A stretch of DNA of 64,000 nt, taken from NCBI GenBank assembly GCA_943356465.1, contig CALREX010000004.1:112448-176447 (forward strand), written 5' to 3'. This DNA is from Candidatus Peribacteria bacterium. Its GTDB lineage: Bacteria; Patescibacteriota; Gracilibacteria; UBA1369; LOWO2-01-FULL-3. Of this stretch, positions 46,549-55,343 are shown in pieces. Below the pieces are notes generated by a model. It had not been told where the DNA came from. It saw nothing but the letters and a program-made list of their open reading frames with translations, and searched no databases. Made by a program: the position numbers and the translations under genes. The first letter of the stretch is position 1. Each line of letters begins with the position of its first letter.

Positions 46549-47862
46549 TTAAAACGCACTTGTTTTTCCGTCTCTCTTGTCCAAAATAGTATCACTGTTT
46601 CTTTCATATTTGAAAGTTTTATTAACTTCAGTGCTATAATAATAATCTGTGGGACCAGTACCAACACCGATAGCATCAGTTTCTATAATTGTCTTATCAG
46701 AAAGTTTATCTAGTGCCGCCATCCCTTTTCCTTCAACCAAAATCTTCGCATAAATTTCATTTAAAATATCTGTATAGTCTGCATTTCCAGATGCTGATTC
46801 TTTATATTCAAAAGTCGCAAGCATAGCTTTTATATATTGCTGCAATTTGAATCCCAAAACACCACCACCAAATTCTGTATAAGCCACCAAAACTTTTCCG
46901 GTATTCAGATATACATACCAATCAACAGTCCTTGCATTAGGATATAAAACCTCAATTGCAGAAAGTCCATGAAGTTTAAATTCCGTATATTGTGCTCCAG
47001 GGAAAGCAAGTTTTAAATTTGCAAAATATTGAAGACTTGTCATATTAGCTTCATTTTTATCCAAAGTGACCCAAACTCTCCCTGAATTCGGATAAATTTT
47101 TGCGGGAGAGAATTGCAAGAATTCCTTATCCATTCTGTAAAAAATAACTTCATTTTTATTTTCTATGGCAGTCCATGTTTTATCATCATATTTTATTTGG
47201 AACGGAAGATTTTTCCCTGTAAAAGTTGTCCAGTTTGTATAAAGAGGAAAAGATTCACCATTTTTAGTCACAACAATCATCATACGATAAACAACCTCGG
47301 CAAAAGCTTGGCGCGTCATTGGTTGCTCGGCATGAAGATTGCCATAATCATCGGATAAAACTATATTGTGATCTTTTGCATAAAGCGCATAAATTGCATA
47401 CCAATCATCTTTTGTCGTATCAAGAAACACATTGCTAGTAGGCTTCTCTGGTACTTTGGCATTTCCTGCAATTTCTATAATTTTAAGAGTTTCGGCAAGA
47501 TTGATATTATTTGCAGGTTTGAATTTTCCATCTTTATATCCGGCAAGAAGTCCGGATTCTTTACTTGCCATGACAAAAGGAAAAAACCAATCACTCTTTT
47601 TTACATCAGGGAAAGATCCTTCAAATGTTTTATCATATGGAATATTGAAAGCCTTCACTATCATTTTTGTAGCTTCGGCTCTATTTACAAGTTCATCCGG
47701 CTTGAAAGTCCCATCTTGATAACCGCTTATTATACCTTTATCTACGAGGTATTTGATCGCAACAAAATGTTCATTGTCATTTTTTACGTCTGGAAATCCA
47801 TCGGCAAAGACAACGTTTGAAGAAATCAAAAACAGACAAAAAGAAATCAAAAACTTTTTCAT
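46549..47862 (-). CDS. secreted protein with three N-terminal SLH domains
   Basis: Signal peptide followed by three SLH motifs: FPDVKNDNEHFVAIKYLVDKGIISGYQDGTFKPDELVNRAEATKMIV, FPDVKKSDWFFPFV..GYKDGKFKP..INLAETLKII, and FLDTTKDDWYAIYA...MTRQAFAEVVYRM. A ~250-aa C-terminal domain of unknown function follows. Confidence 0.8.
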   Translation of the reverse strand: MKKFLISFCLFLISSNVVFADGFPDVKNDNEHFVAIKYLVDKGIISGYQDGTFKPDELVNRAEATKMIVKAFNIPYDKTFEGSFPDVKKSDWFFPFVMASKESGLLAGYKDGKFKPANNINLAETLKIIEIAGNAKVPEKPTSNVFLDTTKDDWYAIYALYAKDHNIVLSDDYGNLHAEQPMTRQAFAEVVYRMMIVVTKNGESFPLYTNWTTFTGKNLPFQIKYDDKTWTAIENKNEVIFYRMDKEFLQFSPAKIYPNSGRVWVTLDKNEANMTSLQYFANLKLAFPGAQYTEFKLHGLSAIEVLYPNARTVDWYVYLNTGKVLVAYTEFGGGVLGFKLQQYIKAMLATFEYKESASGNADYTDILNEIYAKILVEGKGMAALDKLSDKTIIETDAIGVGTGPTDYYYSTEVNKTFKYERNSDTILDKRDGKTSAF

Positions 47863-47931
47863 AGGAAACTTTTATTCAAACTAAATATACACCAAATAAA
47901 ACGCAATTCAATCGCTACAGTTACAAAACTT

Positions 47932-49278
47932 CTAAGAATAGATAAGTTCTCCGGGTGTATATCTATCAAGATTTTTTTCTCCGATAAGTTTTACAAGTTT
48001 TGAAACTACGTTTTCCATTTTTACAGTTTCCTGAACTCCTTTTTTCATATCTCTGATTATCGCAACACCTTCACGAACCTCAGTGATTCCAATAATGACA
48101 GAGTAAGGAACTTTAAATTTATCGGCTATTCTAAGCTGTATATTGATAGATCCTTTTCCAAGTGCTCCCATAGTTTTTATTCCGGCTTCTCTCATGTCAT
48201 CTATAAGGTTTAGACATTTTTTCTTTGCCTCATTCCCAAGCTGAGCTACAAAAACATGAAGTTCATCTTTTGAAGGAACGCGTATTTTTTCACGTTTCAT
48301 GTTTGCAATAATCCTTTCGATCCCTGCCGCATATCCAACTGCAGGAGTACTCTGTCCACCCATAAGTTCGATAAGTCCGTCATATCTTCCTCCACCTCCA
48401 ACAGCATTTTGAGCACCCTCGGCTTTATCCCAAAATTCAAAAACTGTCTTTGAATAGTAATCAAGTCCTCGAACAAGTCTCGGATTTTCTATATAAGGAA
48501 TACGCATTTCATCTAGATAACCTTTCAATTCTTCGTGAAACTCAAGGGATTCTTTATCAAGATAATCTTTCATTTGCGGAGCCATTTGTGCCAAAATTTG
48601 GCAATCCTCAGCCTTACAGTCAAGAAGCCTAAGTGGATTTATTCCAAGTCTGACTTTGCAATCCTCGCAAAGAGATCTTTCTTTGCCGGCATAATAATCC
48701 TGCAAAACACTTGAATATTTTTTTCTTGCCTCTGGGGTCCCGATTGTATTTAATTGCAAACTGAAAAAATCAGCAATTCCAAGATCTCCGTGAATTTTGA
48801 TTGCCAACTGAATAAGCTGAGCATCAAGAGCGGGATCACTCTCTCCGATAATTTCAAAACCAAATTGCCAGAATTGTCGATATCTTCCTTTTTGTGGACG
48901 ATCATATCTAAAATGTGGCTCAATATAGAACAAAAGCACAGGTTGTGGCAATTGATTCATGTTATTTTGAATATAACTTCGTACAACAGGTGCAGTACTT
49001 TCAGGCTTAAGCGTAAGACTTCGGCCCTTCTTATCTTCAAAAGTGTACATTTCTTTGGAAACTATATCGCTTCCAGCCCCTATACTGCGTTTAAAAACTT
49101 CTGTAAATTCAAAAATTGGTGTCGTTATACGCCTGAAACCAGCCTGTCTTGCTCTATGTCTTACAACTTTTTTGATATAAGTATAAAAATCCTGATCCGC
49201 AGGCAAAATATCATGCACTCCCTTCGGATTTTGGAATGGCTCGTACTTTTTCTTTGGAATTTCCTCAGGTTTAGACAT
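47932..49278 (-). CDS. hisS: histidyl-tRNA synthetase
   Basis: GVHDILP, RYDRPQKGRYRQFWQFGFEIIG (motif 2), GGGGRYDGL (motif 3), and a C-terminal anticodon-binding domain. Confidence 0.95.
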   Translation of the reverse strand: MSKPEEIPKKKYEPFQNPKGVHDILPADQDFYTYIKKVVRHRARQAGFRRITTPIFEFTEVFKRSIGAGSDIVSKEMYTFEDKKGRSLTLKPESTAPVVRSYIQNNMNQLPQPVLLFYIEPHFRYDRPQKGRYRQFWQFGFEIIGESDPALDAQLIQLAIKIHGDLGIADFFSLQLNTIGTPEARKKYSSVLQDYYAGKERSLCEDCKVRLGINPLRLLDCKAEDCQILAQMAPQMKDYLDKESLEFHEELKGYLDEMRIPYIENPRLVRGLDYYSKTVFEFWDKAEGAQNAVGGGGRYDGLIELMGGQSTPAVGYAAGIERIIANMKREKIRVPSKDELHVFVAQLGNEAKKKCLNLIDDMREAGIKTMGALGKGSINIQLRIADKFKVPYSVIIGITEVREGVAIIRDMKKGVQETVKMENVVSKLVKLIGEKNLDRYTPGELIYS

Positions 49279-49374
49279 AAAATAAAAAATTAAGACAATA
49301 GCTGTCTTCTATCTTAACACAATTTATTGATCTTTCAATGCGGAAAATAAAAACAGGATTTTGACAGTGAAATA

Positions 49375-49403
49375 TTGACAGCCTACATCAAAAGTGTGAA
49401 AAT
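49375..49403 (+). promoter_or_regulatory. candidate promoter for the methyltransferase-kinase fusion gene
   Basis: TTGACA (49375-49380; a second TTGACA is at 49361), a 17-bp spacer, then TGtGAAAAT (49395-49403). It lies 19 nt before the ATG at 49422. Confidence 0.3.
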
Positions 49404-49421
49404 ACGCTCTAAAATAACGCA

Positions 49422-51545
49422 ATGACAGTATCAGATCCAAAAACAGGTCAAGAGTATCTAGCTGAAATAGATTCATCAGGTGATGAAAAAGCTGGAGTTT
49501 TAAGACATATAAATTCACTGGGAAGAAGGGATAAAATTGTCGAAATAGGTCCGGGAGGAGGAGCGGCATTGAAAATAATAATGATGAAAATTGCTGAGTT
49601 GGATGAAGAATCCAGACCATTGGTTTCAATATTAGACATATCATCGGAAGTATTACGAAGAATAGAAGGCTTATTGGCAGATGCTGGAATAGACACAGGA
49701 TATGAAACAAAAGAAGGAGATATTTCAAAACAACTTCCATACGAAGATTCCAGTGTTCAGGCGGTAAATTTATCATCAGTATTACATGAATGTTTTTCAT
49801 ATGGCGGAGGAGAAGAAGGAATGCAGACATTTATCAAAGAATTAAACAGAATACTGACAATAAGCGGAGTAGTGGTATATAGAGATATGAATGGAGTAAA
49901 TCTTAAAAAACCTGCGTCATTTAGACTGAAAACAGAACTAAGCAAAAAGTTTTTAGAAATATTCTTCGCAAAATATTTTGATAAAACACATACAAAATAC
50001 AAGAAACCAAATTATCATTATTTAGATAATTTAAGCGTTGATGATGATTCAGATGGAAGAAAGAATGTAAAATGCGATGCTGGACTTGCGCATGAATTCA
50101 AAAGACATCTTATAATATTCACTACGACATTCTTGCCAGATACGATATATTCATTGGAAACATTGGAAGTCGGGATACAAAGAATCTCATTTGCAAAAGA
50201 GAAAGGAAAGAAAAAATTTATAGCATTTTTACAAGAAAATAAAATTGCATACAAGGATACAGATGATGGAATTGAAGTCTCAGTGCAAGCATTGGAAAAA
50301 TTTAAAGTACACATAGAAAAAGAAATATCAGGCTTATTTTCAGATTGTGAAATAATTCAGGAAGACGAAAAGGATATAGAAATCTTATCTCAATTTTTTA
50401 GGGACAATGATATAACTCATTCACGAAATGACAAACAAATAACCATAGGTTTAAAAGATTTGGTATTAGTATATTCAAAATTTAAACGAGTTATATACGG
50501 AAAAAATATAAAAGTGGCATTAAAAAATAAGAAACAAGAAAAATTATTGGAATGGTTTGAAAGGGAAGGAGAAGAAAGTTATTTTTATGGAGATCAGGCA
50601 GATGTAATAATAAAATTTTTAGAATATTCTATTACGGAAGATGATGAAAGTTCAATGCTTGGGTATACATGTCTTATACCAATTGGGTTAGACGAGATAC
50701 AGATAACACAAAGACAAAGTTACACATCATATATTTTGGGCCAAGTAGAGGATATTGAAGGATCATATCAAGACGGAAAGAACACAATAACTTTTGTAAA
50801 AAGACCAATAGAATACGTAATCCCAACATTATTAACACTTTACAAAAAAACAGGAGACATAAGAATACTTACATTACTTAAAAAAATAATACATATGATA
50901 GAAGCAACATTGCCATCGCCCAGCGATGAACAAGCATTCACAGCAAAACAAACAGGTGTAGACGGACAAGATATAAAATCAGAAGAAGAAATATATGGTT
51001 TAATAGGAGGTATAGCCTCGGGTAAATCCACAGCGGCAGATTTTTTCAAAGAATTAGGTTTCGAAGTAATGGAGTTATCCGCATTTATAAGAGATAAAAT
51101 CCAGGCGGCAGGTATCGAATTTCCTACAAGAGATCACTATTTTGATATGGGCAACGCAATGAGAAGAGAAGGTGGGAATGATGTATTGTCTGGACTATGT
51201 ATTGAGCAAATAGAACAAAAAGGAGCGAAAAAAGTCGTAATTTCCGGGATAAGAACACCGGAAGACATCCTAAGATTTAAACAAAGATTCCCTTCATTTA
51301 AAGCAGTTGCAGTCGATACACCACTTGATGTCAGAATAAAAAGGATTAAAGACAGAATGAGAGATATAGATCCAACAGATAGAGACAAAATGATTGCAGA
51401 TATAAACAGGGAGTGGGATGACGTAGTGGACGAAGGATGCAAATTGAGGGATACCATTGCAACAGCAGACATAAGAGTAGATGGATCACAAAGTATAGAG
51501 GCAATGAGGAAACAATGTATTGCATTGGTAAGCCAAAACGGATAG
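49422..51545 (+). CDS. fusion protein: N-terminal class I SAM-dependent methyltransferase-like domain, unknown middle, C-terminal P-loop nucleotide kinase (dephospho-CoA kinase/UPF0200-like)
   Basis: Motif I IVEIGPGGGAA with ILDIS downstream, and VNLSSVLHE. C-terminal IYGLIGGIASGKSTAADFFKELGFEV, followed by VVISGIRTPEDILRFKQ. Confidence 0.7.
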   Translation: MTVSDPKTGQEYLAEIDSSGDEKAGVLRHINSLGRRDKIVEIGPGGGAALKIIMMKIAELDEESRPLVSILDISSEVLRRIEGLLADAGIDTGYETKEGDISKQLPYEDSSVQAVNLSSVLHECFSYGGGEEGMQTFIKELNRILTISGVVVYRDMNGVNLKKPASFRLKTELSKKFLEIFFAKYFDKTHTKYKKPNYHYLDNLSVDDDSDGRKNVKCDAGLAHEFKRHLIIFTTTFLPDTIYSLETLEVGIQRISFAKEKGKKKFIAFLQENKIAYKDTDDGIEVSVQALEKFKVHIEKEISGLFSDCEIIQEDEKDIEILSQFFRDNDITHSRNDKQITIGLKDLVLVYSKFKRVIYGKNIKVALKNKKQEKLLEWFEREGEESYFYGDQADVIIKFLEYSITEDDESSMLGYTCLIPIGLDEIQITQRQSYTSYILGQVEDIEGSYQDGKNTITFVKRPIEYVIPTLLTLYKKTGDIRILTLLKKIIHMIEATLPSPSDEQAFTAKQTGVDGQDIKSEEEIYGLIGGIASGKSTAADFFKELGFEVMELSAFIRDKIQAAGIEFPTRDHYFDMGNAMRREGGNDVLSGLCIEQIEQKGAKKVVISGIRTPEDILRFKQRFPSFKAVAVDTPLDVRIKRIKDRMRDIDPTDRDKMIADINREWDDVVDEGCKLRDTIATADIRVDGSQSIEAMRKQCIALVSQNG

Positions 51546-51570
51546 AATCAAAACTTAAAAACCCATAATA

Positions 51571-52086
51571 ATGGCAAAATATTTTTCACAAGAAGGATTA
51601 ACTTACCATCAAGAAAAATTAACTGGACTACAAAAACAAGCTCAAACAACAGGACAACAGATTGGTGAGGAAGCGGGGATGAATTGTGATTGGCATGACA
51701 ACTTTGGATTCGAAGAGGCTCGAAGACAATTTGAATTAGATTCACAAAGGGTTACAGAATTATCAAGAACCATTGCTGAAGGACAAATAATTGAAACAAT
51801 TGAGCAAAACATACGTACATCCATAGGTAATACGATAAAAATCTTGGAAGACGATACAGTTGAAAGGGAAGTAACGATCGGAGCATGGGGTGAAAGTGAT
51901 CCACAAAATGGATTGGTGTCATACGAATCTCCACTTGGAAAAGCATTAATTGGTGCTGAAGTAGGGGATATAAAAACTATGAATATAGGCGGAAAAACAA
52001 GGATAATAGAAATACTAGAGATATTTCCACCATCATACAAATATAAAGGATTAATAAAGATATTGTTTAAAAAAACTAATTCTTAA
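51571..52086 (+). CDS. greA: GreA-family transcript cleavage factor
   Basis: N-terminal coiled-coil with an acidic tip region (DWHDNFGFEEA). C-terminal SYESPLGKALIGAEVGDIKTMNIGGKTRIIEILEI is typical of the GreA C-terminal domain. Confidence 0.8.
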   Translation: MAKYFSQEGLTYHQEKLTGLQKQAQTTGQQIGEEAGMNCDWHDNFGFEEARRQFELDSQRVTELSRTIAEGQIIETIEQNIRTSIGNTIKILEDDTVEREVTIGAWGESDPQNGLVSYESPLGKALIGAEVGDIKTMNIGGKTRIIEILEIFPPSYKYKGLIKILFKKTNS

Positions 52087-52096
52087 AACAATATCC

Positions 52097-53137
52097 TCAA
52101 TAAATCTCAAACGATGTAGTAGGCACGATATTTGTACAAGCCTTATATTTGGCAGGATTTAGTTTATATAAAAAATATCCAGCTGACGCAATCATGGCTG
52201 CATTATCTGTGCAATAAGAAATAGACCTGGGAAATCTAAATTTTACATCAATTGGAAGCGCATTAGTAAGTGCATTTCGAATTCTTGTATTCGCAGAAAC
52301 TCCACCGGCAAGCATAACTTCTTTTACTTTAGGATTTTGTTTTAGGGCTTCAAGCACTTTATATACAAAAACATCTGTTACAGCTTCCTGAAAAGAGGCA
52401 GACATATCAGCCTTAAATTGTTCATCAATATTTGTATGTTTTTGAACTTCTCTCAAAACAGCAGTCTTAAGTCCTGAAAAACTAAAATTTAAACTATCTT
52501 TTTCCAAGAACGATCGCGGAAGTTTAAAACGTTTCGTGTTCCCATTTACAGCCATTTTCGAAATAGCAGGTCCACCAGGATAACCAAGACCAAGAATCCT
52601 GGCAACTTTATCAAAAGCTTCTCCGGCAGCATCATCCAAAGTTTCTCCGAGAACTTTAAATTTATTATGTCCTCGCATTAAAATCATATCATTATGCCCG
52701 CCGGAAACAGTCAAAACAAGAGCAGGAAAAGCAATATCATCTGAGATTTTAGACTCATTTTCATCAAGCCCATAAAGCCAATTCGAATAAATATGTCCAA
52801 CAATATGTTGCACAGGAATAAGAATTTTATTTTTTACAAAAGAAATAACACTCGCAGTCTGAGTCCCTATAATTAAAGAGCTTACAAGCCCGGGCCCATG
52901 AGTAATGGCTATAGCATCAATATCATCCCAATCACATTTTGCCTTTTTTAAAGCTTCATCAAGAACAGGAACCATTTTTAGAACATGCTCTCGTGCCGCA
53001 ACTTCAGGCACGACTCCTCCTGTCAAAGCATGCAAAGGAATTTGTGAATAAATAACATTTCCAAAAACTTTTCGCCCATCTTCAACTATAGCAACTGATG
53101 TTTCATCGCACGATGTTTCTATGCCAAGTATTTTCAT
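52097..53137 (-). CDS. tsaD: tRNA N6-adenosine threonylcarbamoyltransferase
   Basis: MKILGIETSCDETSVAIV, the HxxGH motif (VQHIVGHIYS), LTVSGGHN and GYPGGP. Confidence 0.95.
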   Translation of the reverse strand: MKILGIETSCDETSVAIVEDGRKVFGNVIYSQIPLHALTGGVVPEVAAREHVLKMVPVLDEALKKAKCDWDDIDAIAITHGPGLVSSLIIGTQTASVISFVKNKILIPVQHIVGHIYSNWLYGLDENESKISDDIAFPALVLTVSGGHNDMILMRGHNKFKVLGETLDDAAGEAFDKVARILGLGYPGGPAISKMAVNGNTKRFKLPRSFLEKDSLNFSFSGLKTAVLREVQKHTNIDEQFKADMSASFQEAVTDVFVYKVLEALKQNPKVKEVMLAGGVSANTRIRNALTNALPIDVKFRFPRSISYCTDNAAMIASAGYFLYKLNPAKYKACTNIVPTTSFEIY

Positions 53138-53937
53138 GTAAGTATTCTATCGTATATTGCACTTATAGCAACTCTAGGTAAAGCTTGCACAGCATCAGGA
53201 TGAAAATGTTTGCCACTGCCATTTTGAATTGCCTGAAAAGCTTGATCCAGAGTTTTTATTGTCCTTCCAGGCCTTGGACGAACCATAGCGTCAATCGCAT
53301 CAGCAACACTCAATGCAGCAATCTCGATAGACATAGGTGCTCCATTTTGAATAGGATACCCGGTTCCATCACATCTAAAATGATGATTCAAAACTAAATC
53401 TGTAATATTTTTAGGAAATCTAAAATATTCAGCAACACGTGCACCAATAAGAGGATGCAACTTAATTCTTGGCTTTTGGTCAGGAGGCGGCACTCCATCA
53501 AATGCAACAATTCGATGCATCTCAGGATCTAATTTCCCAATATCATGAAGACGTCCACCAAGCATTACATTATTTTTTACATGAGTATCAAGTCCCATTG
53601 CTGAAGCAATATGGAACCCAATAATTCCTACTCTTTCCAAATGTCCACCTAAATCTAAATCAGAACATATTTCACCTGCGGCCGAAGTGATAGATCTAGG
53701 TAAATCAGTATTGATTTTATTCCGTGAATGCGGTGGAAAATCAACGCCACTTTGCTTCAGCATATCACTAACCCTCGATCTCACTCCATAAGAAACACAA
53801 TCAATCAATGCCGGATCTCGTTTCACAATATCGGCAACAACAGAAATAGCCCTTTCAGAAAGTTCTTGATCATTTATAGCAACATCCTCACCTGCGACAT
53901 GGATTTGATCTGAATGCCTTAACATAATAAATTTCAT
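53134..53937 (-). CDS. stand-alone HD-GYP domain protein
   Basis: GGRLHDIGKL (HD) and HHFRCDGTGYP (the HHExxDGxGYP-type motif). No receiver or sensor domain is visible. Shares a 4-nt ATGA overlap with tsaD. Confidence 0.8.
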   Translation of the reverse strand: MKFIMLRHSDQIHVAGEDVAINDQELSERAISVVADIVKRDPALIDCVSYGVRSRVSDMLKQSGVDFPPHSRNKINTDLPRSITSAAGEICSDLDLGGHLERVGIIGFHIASAMGLDTHVKNNVMLGGRLHDIGKLDPEMHRIVAFDGVPPPDQKPRIKLHPLIGARVAEYFRFPKNITDLVLNHHFRCDGTGYPIQNGAPMSIEIAALSVADAIDAMVRPRPGRTIKTLDQAFQAIQNGSGKHFHPDAVQALPRVAISAIYDRILT

Positions 53938-54000
53938 TACTGGATGTAAAGTCTACAATAAACCTCGAAAAATACAAGAAAATAAGGTATAATTATACAG

Positions 54001-55341
54001 ATGAAAGCCACCTCAATAGAAATAATAGAAATACTAAAAAAAGCCGGTTATGAGGCTTATTGGGCGGGCGGATGTGTTCGCGATATGTTGCTTGGGATAG
54101 AACCAAAGGATTTTGATATTGTTACTTCTGCAAAACCCGAAGAAATAGAAGATTTGCTTGAACATACGATACCAGTTGGTAAAAAATTCGGAGTTATTTT
54201 AGCAATACAAAATAGTCATCATTTTGAAATTGCAACATTCAGATCGGACAGTGGATATAGCGACGGACGTCGTCCAGATGCAGTAATTTTCACAAATGCA
54301 AAAGAAGATGCACTTCGTCGCGACTTCACTATCAATGCACTTTTTTATGATCCTACTCAGGATAAAATTTATGATTATATAAACGGACAGGAAGATTTGG
54401 AAAAAGGATTAATAAAATTTATAGGTAATCCGGAACAAAGAATTCTGGAAGATAACCTTAGAATTCTGCGAGCTGTACGTTTTAGAAATGCATTAAATAT
54501 GCAGTATCACCCGGACACTTATCAGGCAATAAAAAAACACGTGCATCTGATAAAAAATATTTCAACTGAAAGAATCAGAGATGAATTAAACAAGATGATA
54601 ATGGGAAAAAACGCAGGTCGTGCCTTTGAAGAACTTTTTGAAATAGGAGCTTTGGAGATTCTAATCCCGGAACTTTGCAAACTAAAAGGGCTTGCTCAGC
54701 CTCCACAATATCACTTGGAAGGCGATGTTTGGGATCATTCCATAAAAGCATTGGATTCTTTGACACAGGAGGAAATAGATCCAAATCCACTTCCGGAAAA
54801 TCCTCCAACAATAGCACTAAAATGGGCGGCATTTTTACACGACATCGGGAAATACGACACATTTGCAATAAAAGATGACAGAATAAAATATGAAGGACAT
54901 CAGGAAATGAGTGCAAAACTTGTGAAAAAAATTCTAACAAGACTTAAATTCCCAATCAAAACAGTAAATAGAGTTCAGTGGCTTGTCCTTCACCACATGA
55001 TGGTGGTTCCTATTTTGGAAATGCCCGATTCAAGACGTCGGCATTGGTTTTTACTTCCGGAATTTGAAGATTTACTGGAAGTATTTCGCGCAGACTGCAT
55101 GGGGATAATTCCACTTGATCTAAAGGAATATGAACAAATCAAAAAACTTTATAAACACGAAATTGCACATTTAAAACTTCTTCCCAAAAAACTTATCACA
55201 GGCGAAGATATAATGAAAAATTTAAAAATTAAATCTGGCGAGAGAGTTGGAGAAATACTAAGCGATATAAGAGAAAAACAACTCGAAGGAAAAATAAAGA
55301 CAAAACAAGACGCACTTGATTATCTGAAAAATCTTCAATAA
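54001..55341 (+). CDS. cca: CCA-adding enzyme / poly(A) polymerase family tRNA nucleotidyltransferase with HD domain
   Basis: GGCVRDMLLG..DFDIVT, FRSDSGYSDGRRPD, RDFTINAL and a C-terminal FLHDIGK. Confidence 0.9.
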   Translation: MKATSIEIIEILKKAGYEAYWAGGCVRDMLLGIEPKDFDIVTSAKPEEIEDLLEHTIPVGKKFGVILAIQNSHHFEIATFRSDSGYSDGRRPDAVIFTNAKEDALRRDFTINALFYDPTQDKIYDYINGQEDLEKGLIKFIGNPEQRILEDNLRILRAVRFRNALNMQYHPDTYQAIKKHVHLIKNISTERIRDELNKMIMGKNAGRAFEELFEIGALEILIPELCKLKGLAQPPQYHLEGDVWDHSIKALDSLTQEEIDPNPLPENPPTIALKWAAFLHDIGKYDTFAIKDDRIKYEGHQEMSAKLVKKILTRLKFPIKTVNRVQWLVLHHMMVVPILEMPDSRRRHWFLLPEFEDLLEVFRADCMGIIPLDLKEYEQIKKLYKHEIAHLKLLPKKLITGEDIMKNLKIKSGERVGEILSDIREKQLEGKIKTKQDALDYLKNLQ

Positions 55342-55343
55342 AT

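Noticed and set aside
48754-49830. 179-aa plus-strand ORF opposite hisS and 168-aa minus-strand ORF opposite the methyltransferase-kinase gene
   Set aside because: Both are antisense to genes with clear motifs. Their translations are hydrophobic and low complexity with no recognisable features.
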